Below, piece by piece: positions 13,628 to 25,489 of a DNA stretch of 64,000 bases; the first letter of the stretch is position 1; the number at the start of each line of letters is the position of its first letter. This DNA comes from Vicugna vicugna (lineage: Eukaryota). The stretch lies in NCBI GenBank assembly GCA_013265495.1, contig MU057930.1:71599-135598 (forward strand). The letters run 5' to 3'. Both the position numbers and the translations under genes were made by a program. The notes beneath the pieces were generated by a model. It was given only the letters and a program-made list of their open reading frames with translations, was not told the origin of the DNA and did not search any database.

Positions 13628-13792
13628 GGTGATCTCCAGGTCCACCCATGTTGCTGCAAATGGCATGATTTCATTCTTTTTCATGGCTGAGTAGTATTCC
13701 ATTGTATAAACATACCACTGCTTCTTTATCCAGTCATCTGTTGATGGACATTTAGGTTGCTTCCGTGTCTTGGCTATTGTAAATAGTGCTGG
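13628..13792 (-). mobile_element. LINE-1 ORF2 C-terminal fragment
   Basis: ORF 13571-13795 ALFTIAKTRKQPKCPSTDDWIKK...EIMPFAATWVDLE. Confidence 0.88.
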
Positions 13793-13967
13793 CAATGAAG
13801 TGTTATTTTAATGTACATGTTTGTTTTTTAGACAAAATGCTATTGCACAATGAACAGAATACAGTCTAGCGTACACGTGACTTTTACGTGCACTGGGAAA
13901 GAGCGGTGTGATGGCCGCCTTTGCAGTGTTCTGGGACGGAGCCTGCAGTGTCTGGAAGGTCTGCGTG
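13793..13967 (+). mobile_element. Tigger1-type DNA transposon 3' end
   Basis: ttttttagacaaaatgctattgcac...acagtctagcgtacacgtgacttttacgtgcactgggaaa, homologous to 62760-62930 in this window. Confidence 0.7.
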
Positions 13968-14133
13968 CATTGGTCGTTCCAGTTCCTATTACAGGACAGG
14001 TTTATGTGAGACAGTCAGGACCTGCGCGCTGCCGTCACCAGGCAGGGGGACTTTGCTCAGTGCACCACGGTCATGTGCAAGCCCCGACCTCCCTAGAAGC
14101 CCACAGGGCTGCCGGCATCGCTTGCTCACTCAC

Positions 14134-14341
14134 CTGCTCTGGAGGTCGTCCAGGTTCAGCTCCCCGACGTAGTGCGTGGCTGAGGACACGGTCACCACCC
14201 TGGCGCTGCGGCCGGGAGAACCGGATGCTTTCAGGGTGTCCAGGAGGAGGTTGGTGAGCAGGAAGTGGCCCAGGTAGTTCACCCCAAAGTGCTCCTCAAA
14301 GCCGTCCTCGGTGCTCCGCTCAGGGACCATCATCACGCCGG
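14134..14341 (-). CDS. DHRSX: DHRSX coding exon 5 (208 bp)
   Basis: Encodes (A)GVMMVPERSTEDGFEEHFGVNYLGHFLLTNLLLDTLKASGSPGRSARVVTVSSATHYVGELNLDDLQS(R), with SDR NYLGHF and VSS motifs. Acceptor ccccag| at 14342, donor |gtgagt at 14133. Confidence 0.97.
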
Positions 14342-14619
14342 CTGGGGAGACGGGGAGTTTCAGGGAGAGGAACATGGGGCGACATGAGATGGAACAGCCG
14401 CCCCCCCAGAGGGATGAGGAAGCAGCCTGGGAGGCCAGACCGGGGCAGGTGGGGGGTCTGGTCCTCACTGCCTCTCAGTCTCCTGCCCTGCACACCGTGG
14501 GGGCGAAGCCAACGGACCAGTAAGACCTCTCCTGCTCTCAAAGTCTGCCCTTCGGTGGCCCGAGCTTGCAAATAATCACAAAACAGCAGCACCCACCACA
14601 AGATCAGACTCTCTTGTCT

Positions 14620-14823
14620 GGAGGTTCCTTAAAAAGCTAAGAACAGACTTACCATATGACCCAGCAGTCCCACTCCTGGGCATATAAATACCTGCAGAAA
14701 ACTCTAATTCAAAAAGACACCTGCACCCCAGTGTTCATAGCAGCGCTATTTACAACAGCCAAGACGTGGAAACAGCCTCAATGTCCATCGACAGGTGACT
14801 GGATAAAGAAGATGTGGTGTATA
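14620..14823 (+). mobile_element. LINE-1 ORF2 C-terminal fragment
   Basis: ggaggttccttaaaaagctaag...atatgacccagcagtcccactcctggg...ggataaagaagatgtggt. Confidence 0.88.
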
Positions 14824-15925
14824 CGTGTGTGAGTCTGTGTGTATTTGTATGCTTACCGTAGACGTGTTTGTACGTGTGCACGCATATGATATGCACGTGT
14901 GCGTGTATTTACACGTATGCATTTGCATATATGCGCGCACACACTTACACACGTTTCTGCATCTGCGTGTTTACTTGTGTGTGCATCTCCCTGCACGTAT
15001 GTGTTTATAGATGCCTATCAATTTACACATGTGTTTTCTTTGGCATTTGTGGTACATGTGTGGCTATGGATTTGCATATGCAGGTGCATACCTGTGTATC
15101 TGCAGAAGTGCCTGCATTTGCAAATAAGGCATGCATATGTGTGTATGCATGTGTACACATTTGTATATGAGCAGCAGTATTTGCATATGTATTTGTAAGT
15201 GTACGAGGCAAGGTTAAATGTATTTGCATATCTGTGAATATGCATATATATAAGTATGTATTTGCATACAAGCATAGGCATTTGCATAGGTATTTGTAAG
15301 TGTGTGGGTAAGGTAAAATGTATTTGCATGTTCGTGCTTATGCATGTTTCTAAGTGTATTTGTATACGAGCATAGGCATTTGCATGTGTGTGGGTAAGGT
15401 GAAATGTATTTGCATGTTCATGCATTTGCATGTACATAAGTATACATATTTGTATATGAGCAGAGATATTTGCATATGTATTTGTAAGTGTCTGGGGTAT
15501 GGTAAAGGTATTTGCATATTCATGTATTTGCATGTGTGTACGTACTGTAACTGTGTGAGCAGCGGTATTTGCATATGCATAAGTGTTCCGTTAACCACCC
15601 ATTTGCATATGTTTATGGATAATGCATCTATACATGTATTTCCATTTGTATATTCATTCCCATAGGCTCTGGCATTTGCATATATATTTGCATCTGCAAA
15701 TTGTTTTGCATGTGAATGATTTTCTGCACATGTGCATATATATTCGTGTATGCATACGAGCATACCTGTCTCTGTGCATTTGCAGGTGTGTACGCATTTA
15801 TGTGTGTTATATGCAGATATACGGATGTACAGATAAGCACACATGAGTCTTTGCATGTGTGTGAGTCTGCATTTCTACATGTAACCCTCTGCACGCGCAC
15901 TTGTGTGTGCATAAGTGTACGTGTG
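14824..15925. repeat. Degenerate TG/TA-rich tandem array rich in ATTTGCAT
   Basis: About 1.1 kb of purine-pyrimidine-alternating sequence with a recurring block gagcag..tatttgcatatgtatttgtaagtgt..ggtaa..tgtatttgcat. Confidence 0.85.
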
Positions 15926-17059
15926 GACACTTCTCCCGGCTGGACTGTGAGCTCTCTTCCTGGACACGAATTCAGGCTGTGATTTTAACAGTGACAGCAA
16001 TGCGCTCTGGGTGCAGCAATGGGGTAGATAAACACTTAAAAATAAATCTGGACAAGTTGATGGGTGCTTTCACGGACTGTGATGGAAGACGGGGCTCCAG
16101 ACGTATAAACGAGAAGACGGGTCAATTCGGGTGTGGGCTTCGGACCCCCACCTGCTTTCTGGCCGTGCCCAGTGCGTCTGACCGCGTCCCTCCACACCCA
16201 GGTGTGTCAGACACCTTCCCTGATACGGGAACGCCATCCCCTGAGCTCACTGCTGTAAAACACCACGAGTGGGGACCTGCAGACAGGGGCCAGCCAGCTA
16301 CATATCTCTCCTGCATTCCACGGAATGCATGCTTAAATGTTCCTGCAGCCAGGAACACCACACGCACAAAGTGCTCCCTGAGAGCGTGCTGGGTGCGCCT
16401 GAGGAGTCATCCAGAAGCCACCTGGGGATCGGCTGTCACGCGGACATAAAGTTTGGTGTTTACAGAAAATGCAAATGCCTCTCTCATCGAATCATTTCCC
16501 TGACTAACTGAGTGGGATGGGGCCACACACATACACTCAGTCCCCTAATGTGCTGTAAATTCCTGGTCAGGGAGCCCTCAGCCAGCGCAGACTAGTACGT
16601 AAGGACACCCGGCTTATGTGAGGCCGGCCGAAAGGGAGGGGGACCTCCAGGTGGCTGCAGACCAAGCCTGCACACTGGACACTCGTGTTTCCAGGAGAGG
16701 GAGTCTCCATTGCTTTCCCGTGAGCTTTGCTGTCGTGAGTAGAAGGCAGTGGCGGTGACAATATCCTACAAACACCAAGGGCCTGCTCAGACAAGACCAT
16801 GCAGCTCCTGGTGTCCAGAATTCTGTCTCTGGGCAGACCCCGTGCTGCTTGAGAAGACTGGCGGCGCTAAGACCGCTATTTGGGACAGACCACATGTAGG
16901 CAATCTGGCCGACCATCCTAGCTGAGCCCATCCAGCAGGCACTACCATGTTCCCAGCACAGCAGGATGCCATCCTGGACGTCCATCCCCCGGTGGGCATG
17001 TCAGATCATGGCGGCCCGAGCTACGCCTGTCCCAACTGCAAGGAAAAGGAAATGGTGAT

Positions 17060-17585
17060 CCCCACAGCGGCACTATTTACAACAGCCAAGACATGGAAGC
17101 AGCCTAAATGTCCATCAGCAGATGAGTGGATAAAGAAAACGTGGTGCATTTATATAATGGAATAGCACACAGCCATGAAAAAGAATGAAATAATGCCATT
17201 TGCAGCAGCATGGATGGACTGGGAGGGGCTTATTATGCTAAGTGAAATAAGTCAGAGAGAGAAAGACAAAGACTGTGTGATACCACTTACATGTGGAATC
17301 TAAAAAATAGAACTAATTAGTGAATATAACAGAAGCAGATTCACAGGTGCAGAGAACAAGCTCATGGTGACCAGTGGGGAGAGGGCAGCGGGGAGGGGCA
17401 GGATAGGGGGAGGGCAGGATAAGGGAGGGGAGTCAGAGGAACGAACTACCACGTATAAAGTAAATAAGCTACAAGGATACATTGTACATGGACTGTAACC
17501 TTTAAAACCTGTGAGTCACCCTACTGTGCACCTGTAATTTACATGCTATTACTGTACACCAACTATACTTCAATTTAAAAAAAAA
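17060..17585 (+). mobile_element. LINE-1 3' fragment with G-rich 3' UTR tract
   Basis: AALFTTAKTWKQPKCPS translation, 3' UTR and A tail at ~17577. Confidence 0.9.
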
Positions 17586-17819
17586 TACATTTTAACAAAA
17601 CGAAATGGTTCTTTCAATGCCCTAGGACTGGGGGTGGTCAGTGAGACGGCCGTGGTCGCTGAATGATAAATTCCAGGCTCGAGAGCTCCGTCTCAGGGCA
17701 CCAGCCAGCAGGCACCAGGCACACCCTTCTGAGCATCAAAACCCAGTGGAGAACAGCCCGCGTCATGGAGTTGGGGGCATCGGAAGGGGACGTGGGGTCA
17801 ACAGGGACGGGGAGGTGGG

Positions 17820-17984
17820 CGGAAGATACAGCTCAGGGGTAGCGCATGTCCTTAGCAGGCATAACGTCCTGGGTTCAATCCCTAGTCCCTCCACTGAATA
17901 AATAAATAAACCTAATTACCTCCCTCCTCATCAAAAAATAAAATATTAAAAAAATTCAAGAATTTATTAAAAAAGAAAAAAAAA
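17820..17984 (+). mobile_element. tRNA-derived SINE (Vic-1-like)
   Basis: acagctcaggggtagcgcatgtccttagc...gtcctgggttcaatccct...aaacctaattacctccc and A tail. Flanking aacagggac repeat. Confidence 0.88.
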
Positions 17985-19111
17985 CAGGGACTATGGCTAG
18001 AACTTTGGGGATGTTAACTTGCAGAGAATTCCCGGGGCTTCACACAGGTTCCTTAAAGAAACTGTTGCAGAAGAAAGCTGTCGATGGTGACCCCATCCTC
18101 AAGATGGCCTTTGACCCCTGGAAGGTTGAAGCAGAGAAAAAAGCCAGGGGAGTGGGGTCAGACCGATCTTGGAGCAGCTGCACCGACGCTGGACTCTACA
18201 CTCCCACCCCGGGGCACCCCGGCCGGACCCCTCTGTGTTCATTCTTTTTGTCTGGGGCACCAGTGGTCACTCTAACGGTGACCCCTGCTGAAGGACAGTG
18301 ACGGCCGCATCTCCTCGAGCAGGGACACTCTGTATTCACTCCATCCCCATACGAGGCGCTTCCTGGTGACGCGGAACCGGACGAGTCAGCGCGGAGCAGC
18401 TGCAGGGCCCGGGGGACATGCCAGCACGGATCCTCGTCGGACAGGAGCTCTGCTGACAGATGCGAGCGGAAACTCGCGGTCTCGGCCAAGGGTGAATTCA
18501 AGGTCACTCGGGAAATCATGCTGGGTCATCCGAGCCGACTCTGCGTAAGCAGCGTCCTCGGGGAGAACATATTTCTGCAGCCGCGGGAAAAACGTCTCTG
18601 CCCTGCATACGGCTCGACCTCCCACCCCCACCCCCGAGCTCCAGCCTGTCCGCAGGGCTCACCGTGCGGAGCAGCTGCCTGGGGGCTGCCGCCTCGGGGA
18701 GGCTGGACCCAACACTCCGGGCTCCCTGCCCAGGACAAACCCACGGTCAAGTGAGATGCAGGGAATAATCAGGTTCACTTCTGCTTTCAAAGCAAAATGT
18801 TGTGGCGACCTCCTAGGGTATCATGTCCCACCCTGGCGATAATCCTTGCTGAACGTCTGGTGTGTGCTGAGGGAGACAGGCTGGCGGTGAACCCACGCAG
18901 CCGTGTCTGTAGGTTTTAAGCAGATAAAGGGGTACTGCTGTCAGGTCAGTGCGCCACACGGTGGTTCTTGGTTAGTGAGTGTCTGAGATCTTAACCCCGA
19001 CTCTGCCAACCAAGACGTGGGAGAAGGAGCAGTAAAAACAGCGGCTCGTTCCCCAGGGCTCCCTGTTTACAACGGCCCGTTCCCCAGTGACCAGAGCACT
19101 GCCGCTAATGA

Positions 19112-19785
19112 GAGCCAAGACGTGGAAGCAACCTTAGTGTCCACTAGCAGATAAATGGATAAAGAACATACAATATTCCATTGTGTCTGTGTATGTATGC
19201 ATGTGTGTATATATATATATTTATTTATTTATTTATTTATTCTACAGTGGAATACTACTCAGCCACAAACAAAAATGAAGTCACGCCATTTGCAGCAACA
19301 TGGATGGACCTGGAGATCGTCATTCTAAGTGAAGTAAGTCAGACAGAGAAAGACAAATATCACAGGGTATCACTTATATGTGGAATCTAAAAAAAAATAA
19401 AGAATTTATTTACAAAACAGAAACAGACTCACAGACATAGAAAACAAACTTATGGTTACTGGAGGGGAGTGGGGTGGGAAGGGATAAACTGGTAGTTTGA
19501 GATTTGCTCATATTAACTACTATTTATAAAATGGATAAACAAAAAATTCATACTATAAAACACAGGGAACTATATTCTGTATCTTGTAGTAACTTACGGT
19601 GAAAAAGAACATGAAAAGTAATATAATTTGACACAACACTGTAAAATGATTATGAATCAATTAAAAAAAAAAAGTAATATATTCATGTTCCTGTATGACT
19701 GAAGCATTGTGTGGGACACCCGAAACTCACACAACATTTTAAACTGACTCTACTTCAATAAAAATATTTTTTTTAAAAAAAAAAG
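19112..19785 (+). mobile_element. LINE-1 3' fragment with a nested mini-L1 tail
   Basis: EYYSATNKNEVTPFAATWMDLEIVILSEVSQTEKDK translation, 3' UTR and poly-A. Confidence 0.9.
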
Positions 19786-22008
19786 AGCAGAGAAGTGTCT
19801 AAAATAATTCTCAGGTCAATGGAAAAAGTGTTGGGGCGAGCATCGTGTTGATGGATCCAGGAGTCACAGGCGACCTCCGTTTTTCCAACGTTGTCATCTC
19901 ACTGTCACCATGGAGGGCAGGCCCGCCTGGCCCGCCGCACTCCCCACAGCAGTCGGGGACCATTTACTGAGTGTGTTTCTGCAGCGAGCAACTATCCTCG
20001 GCTGGGAAGCCCACCTACCTGGGGACCCGCCATATGCAGAAGCCAGCTCCACGCTTTGAAAATGAGTTTCTGGGTCAAATGCTTCCGAAGCCTCTGGGGA
20101 AGTCAGAAAAGCACTGCGCTTCTTGACCCACATTCCTGGAGGCCCATGACGGGTGTCTGGAGGAACCAAGGAGGCAGGGTGGGCACCCTTCTCTAGTGTG
20201 AGGACAGCCACGGACTCGGAGTCCGCCGCGCCCCCCCACTGCGCGGCCAGCATCCGCACCACCAAAGGAGCATCCGACTGCCTTCTGTTCCAAGAGGCAG
20301 GAGCGCGGGGAAACCCAGAGGAGGCCGGTTCCGTCTGGGAGACAGCCAGCCCGGGAGAGGAACAGACGGCGCCGAGGCGAAGCGCCCCCCCCCCACACAC
20401 ACTCAGATCCAGCGCTCCCCCCAGGAAGGCGAGCACGCTGAGTCACCCGCTTCCCGGCGTGCACGTCAGACACCTCGCTTCACACAGCGAACGCCAAGCA
20501 CATAAATAAGAGGGCTGCTCAGGCGTCAGTCCACCGAGAGGCGGGCCCCAGTCACTCCTTCCCCCGCTGCCCCACCGTCCTCTGTCACTGGAAACGCCAC
20601 CGCCGGCCACTCCCGGGAAGAAATGCACTGAGGGGTGCCGGCCTGTTCGGAGCTCCGAGCTGATTTATGGAATTGAATGAATGAATGAGTGGAGAATTGT
20701 GCCAAAAACTCAGTTTGTGTGTATCCGGCCAGGCGAGCATCTTCGGTACTTTTCAAGCTTAACACTGATGTATTTATGTGCGGGGAGGAAACATCATTTT
20801 TAGAGATTCTTCATCTTGGGCCGTGCATCCGCCAGAGTTACGGGAGGTCTCCTGCAAGGATGAGCCGTAAATCCTGAGCAGTGCTTACAAACCTACCCAC
20901 GCTCAGGCAGTGGGATGGGGAGCCAGATAAATAAAATAAATTGCGATGTGACTGAATGGTAAATATTGACCAGCTCTGTGGGAGGGAGAGCTGCAGATCT
21001 TTCTCGGGTCTCATAAATCATCAGGCTTCACACAAGGGCTCCCTACTGCCAGAGAGAGGCAGTCTGGGTCTGTCCCTGTCACGCTGGCAAATGCAAAAAA
21101 GACTCCAGATCTGCAACGCTTCAGCTTTGCAAAATCTTGATCGCTCGCTTTTTAAAAAATGCAAAGCAGAAGCGGAGGCTTCCCTGGAAACGTTCCCTGC
21201 TTCCCCCGGGAGACGCGCTGCCCGGGCTGGGTTCAGAGGGGTTGGTGGGAGGAGGCAATACTGCAGAGGAGGGTTCCGGGCACATAGTTTTGGGAAATTC
21301 TGCAGACCCTCCTGGACACTAACAACATCATCACTAGAGTCCCTCTCTGAGAAGTCCCGGGATTGGGGAACCCGTGTGCACCTGCTGATTCAGGGGACCC
21401 TCAGTGTGTTTAACTCGAGAACTGTCATTTGCACACAGCAAGGTTGAGACAAATGTGAAATTTCTTGACTTTCTAAATCAACTAAGTCTGTCCCGAGCCC
21501 CCAGCCCACTGGGCGGGTGATAAATCCATTCTCAGTCTTGACTGCACCCTCGGGGCACCCCCAACCCCGGGAGGCATTCACCCCTGAAGACAGCCACGCA
21601 TCCTGGGTACCACGGGATGGCCCCTTCCCGAGCCCCTTCCAACAGCTCCATGGTTTTGCTGCACCTCAAGGGACACAGAGGCTGTGGCCAAAAGGGGACT
21701 CTTTCTTGTCCGAGGGTGCGTCCATCAGCCCGCCTGCCCGGGACTCCCGGAGACGGTGTTGGGAGGATCACTGGCTGGGAGAGTCCACGCGTGGGTCTTC
21801 CCCGCATCGTGCACGACCGTGTGTCACAGGGCAGGCGGCCCTGTCTACGGTGGAGGGAGCGGGGTGGCTATTTCACAGATTTCCCAAATCTATGAATATT
21901 TGATTAATGTTTGTCTCCTTGGCGACAGAATGACTGACATGAGGTCAAGGGCTCTTGCTAATCACTGTATTTTTCCTGCCTCTGAATTACCAAGCACACA
22001 ACGGTGGC

Positions 22009-22863
22009 TGTGACAGGCTGAATATGACCCCCCACCCAAAGATGTCCACGACCTGATCCCCGTGTGGTGGACAGAATAATGTCCCCAAAAACATCCACTT
22101 CCTGACCCCCGTGTGGTGGACATGATTTAATCTCTAGAACCTGTGAATATGCCACCTGACGTAGCAAAGGGGACTTTGCAGATGTGATGAAATGAAGCAT
22201 CTCACCGTGGGGCGCTTACCCTGAGTGAGTGCAGCACAACGACACGGTCGTTATCAGAGAGGCAGGAGGGTCAGAGGCAGAGCAGAGAGACGGGATGGCG
22301 GCAGGACAGGTCGGAGGGACATAGGGATCTGAAGACGCAGGAAGCGGCCCCGAGCTTCGGGATTCGCACGTCGAGGGAGCGGTTTTCCCCAAAGCCAGTG
22401 TCCCTTGGGGGGACTCAGAAACTCCACACCGGCCCCACCGTCCAGAGGTGCACCTGGGGCACCTGAGAAGGGACAGGCGCTGAGCTCAGAGGAAGGGTCT
22501 GACGTACGGGCCGAGTGTGGGCTGAAGCTCAGCCCACATGTGGCTGAGAGTCTCTGCAGAGAGAAGACGGAGGGCGTGTAAGGACGGCCCAGTGCCAAGC
22601 GTCCCAAGGTCCAAACGCAAGCAACTGTGTCCCAGTTTCCAGAGAAACAACCTTTCTGAGAGCCGGGCGTGCCCGGCTCAAAACTCTGCAGAGAAACGGA
22701 GCACGGGGCCACCGCCGGATGACCGGAGCCATCCCAGGACTCGCCATCGGAGCCCGGCTTCACAGACGCACCTCCGGCCCGGGGCAGGGGACGCTCTCCC
22801 AGAGACCAGCGGCGACTTGACTGCCATCACTCTTCTAGTTCCTGGCGGGTGGGAAACCCTATA
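22009..22863 (+). mobile_element. MaLR (MLT1D-like) LTR with locally reiterated 5' end
   Basis: tgtgacaggctgaatatgacccc...aagatgtccacgacctgatcccc...acctgtgaatatg...gcaaaggggactttgcagatgtgat. The 3' part is heavily diverged. Confidence 0.6.
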
Positions 22864-23099
22864 GAAAGGCTGCGGGAGGCGGCGGGAAAGGCCCCCAGCG
22901 GACAGCCAGCTGTGTGCGTGTCCGTGTCTGGAAAACCTCAGGAACCCCGCGCGGGGCCAGGACACCGTCCGGGCAGCGCCCCGGCCCGACGGCGCTCGGG
23001 CGAAGGGCTCCCGGTTCCTAATCACGGAGCGCGTCCAACTGATGAGGAACTCAGACGTGCGGCTGGACAGATCTGCACGGCGCCTCAGTCCATGTGTAA

Positions 23100-23460
23100 A
23101 TCCATGCTTTTCCATTATCTTTATTACAAGAAATTGAATGGTTCCCTGTGCTGCACAGTAGGACCTTGTTGCTTATGAGTTTTATATACAGTAGTGTGTA
23201 TCTCTGCGCGTCTCGAATTTATCCCTCCACCCCCGCCTCCCCCTTGGTAAAGACAATTTGCAGTAAACTTGACTTACAATATTGTTAGTTTCGGGTGTAG
23301 AGGAAACTGATTCAGGCACATGTATATATTCTTTTTCATTATAGGTTATTACAAGCTATTGAATAGAGTTCCCCATGCTCTATGGTACGTCTTTGTTGTC
23401 TGTCTGTTTTATGTACAGTAGTGTGTTATTGGCTAACCCCAAACTCCTAACGGATCCTAA
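23100..23460 (-). mobile_element. Two adjacent LINE-1 3' UTR fragments
   Basis: ttattacaagaaattgaatggttccctgtgctgcacagtaggaccttgttg and a second ttattacaagctattgaatagagttcccc. Confidence 0.8.
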
Positions 23461-24065
23461 TTTTTGAAGTGGAGGGCACAGGAGATCACACGTTTCTGAA
23501 AGTTTCAGGCATAATCATCTGCGGGAAACTCGAAAAATATCAATCAAGCACCAGGGAGAGGAAAGAGAAATTAAAGTCTTCTCACAAGAGCCGCCGGAGT
23601 GAATCACACGCCGTCTTCCTCCCGGGCTAAGCAGAGGGGAACAGTGTTCGCGGGTAGCTCTCTCCAAGACACACACACACATCACCGCCGCACGTGCATA
23701 CGTGTAACGCTGGATGCACACTCTATGCACGGTTTTATACCCGTGTCTTTCCCCACTCACCCAAATGGAATGAGTGGACTGAACAGAGGTATCTCTCGGA
23801 CCACAACCCTGCCCGCCAACCGTATTCATACGATGGGGAAAAAGAGAACAGCAAGACAGAGAGAGAGGAGGAGAAATGACACGCCCCAGGCTCTGGGAGC
23901 CAGAATCAGACGGACAAGCATCAGACTCAGGAGGAAGAAGGGTGCGCCCTTCCTTCACGTATGCCCACACCCTAACCATCCCCGGCACTGTGACTATGGT
24001 ACCTCCGATGGCAAAGGGGACCCTGGAGGAGGGCTTGATTAAGGATCCTCAGATGTGAAACTTCA

Positions 24066-24193
24066 GGGGGAGGGTGTAGCTCAGTGGTGCAGCGCGTGCT
24101 TAGCATGCACGAGGTCCCGGGTTGAATCCCCAGGGCCTCCTCTAAAAAATAAATAAACCTAATTAACTCCTCCCGCTTCCAAAAAAAAAAAAA
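24066..24193 (+). mobile_element. tRNA-derived SINE inserted in an MLT1-like LTR fragment (~23930-24260)
   Basis: gggggagggtgtagctcagtggtgcagcgcgtgcttagcatgcacgaggtcccgggttgaatcccc and A tail. LTR motifs ggcaaaggggacc and ttatcctggattatcc flank it. Confidence 0.88.
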
Positions 24194-25155
24194 TTCTTAG
24201 ATGCAAAAATTATCCTGGATTATCCACGTGCAGGATCTGTGTAATTCCAAGGGTCCTAGAGTCACATTTTCTCTGCCACTTGAGCTACGAATAATTTGAC
24301 AAACGTCCGCTCTATTTGGGAAGAAGCGTAGTGGCTGTAGCTCATTGCTTGATTTACATCTGTCCCTTTGACTGCATCCATTTAACTATTTACTTCCTTT
24401 ATGGACTGGGTCTCCAAGTCTGAAGGCGATGTCTTAATTCTACCGATACAAATGTGTTCCGGCACATTTACGAGAGGTTTGGTTCTGTGTTTAACATCTG
24501 AACGTGTTAAAAAAAAAAAAATCTGAACGTGTTAGTAACTGTGCCTCCTCCCTTTGCAGGGTTGGGATGGACTTTTATGAAATAAGTGGGCCATAGCAGA
24601 GGAAGAGAGAAATGCGTGGGGGACGGGGCACCAAGGTGATGAAGGGGACGTGTTTCCGATGCTCTGAAAAGCTCCATGGGCTAAAAGTGGGGCTGTGGGT
24701 GGTTCGCGTCGAAGATGGGTTGAAGGCAAGGGAAGGGGACACCACGTGGCCCTCTGAAGAGTGCTGGCTGCAGGGATGAAATCAAGACAGTTGGGTGTGA
24801 GGGTCTGGAGCCCAAACAATGACACTCACGGAAACACACGGAGGATTTAGTTAAACGACACTTGCAAAGACGCCCAGCCCTTCCCACGTTGCTGATACAT
24901 CTTGGCCCAAGTGGATCCGTCAAAGTGTCACCCCCACACGGCATATCATCACCTTTTTCCATCATTTCAAAGCAGCGTCCTAAAACCGAGCGCGCTCATA
25001 AAAGCCACGCACACCATTGGAACGAAGCAGCGGCAACAAGTGGCAGATACGCCCACGGGTTTCCCTGGGGTCCTGCTCTCCCAAGGGACGGCGCTCGCGC
25101 GGCGGCCAGAGCTCACGCCCCGCCCTCGCTGGCCCCAGGGGTCCCCGACACTCAC

Positions 25156-25257
25156 CGTTATTGACCAGCACATGGAGGGGGATGTTCTTCATCTTGAACT
25201 TCTGGACGAACTGCCGGACAGACCTCATGGACGCCAGGTCGCAATACAAAAACTCCA
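25156..25257 (-). CDS. DHRSX: DHRSX coding exon 4 (102 bp)
   Basis: Encodes (V)EFLYCDLASMRSVRQFVQKFKMKNIPLHVLVNN(A); the SDR NNAG motif is completed by the next exon. Acceptor ttttttccag| at 25258, donor |gtgagt at 25155, phase 1/1. Confidence 0.96.
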
Positions 25258-25489
25258 CTGGAAAAAAGATGAGAAACTCCTGGTTATCTTCCAAACTACG
25301 GCAGAAGCTAAGATGAGTCCTTGAAACCCTCCTGGGAAGTGGCCCCGGATTAGAAAAAGAGGAGGGTCCGCTGCAGGGGACATGTGCTAAGAGGATTGCC
25401 CTCAGTAAGTTACACCTTTGTTTATTCCGTCTCTGAGTGTGGGTGGCACCGGTGACGTGTCTCTAGTCAACAGGATGTAGCCAACGTGG

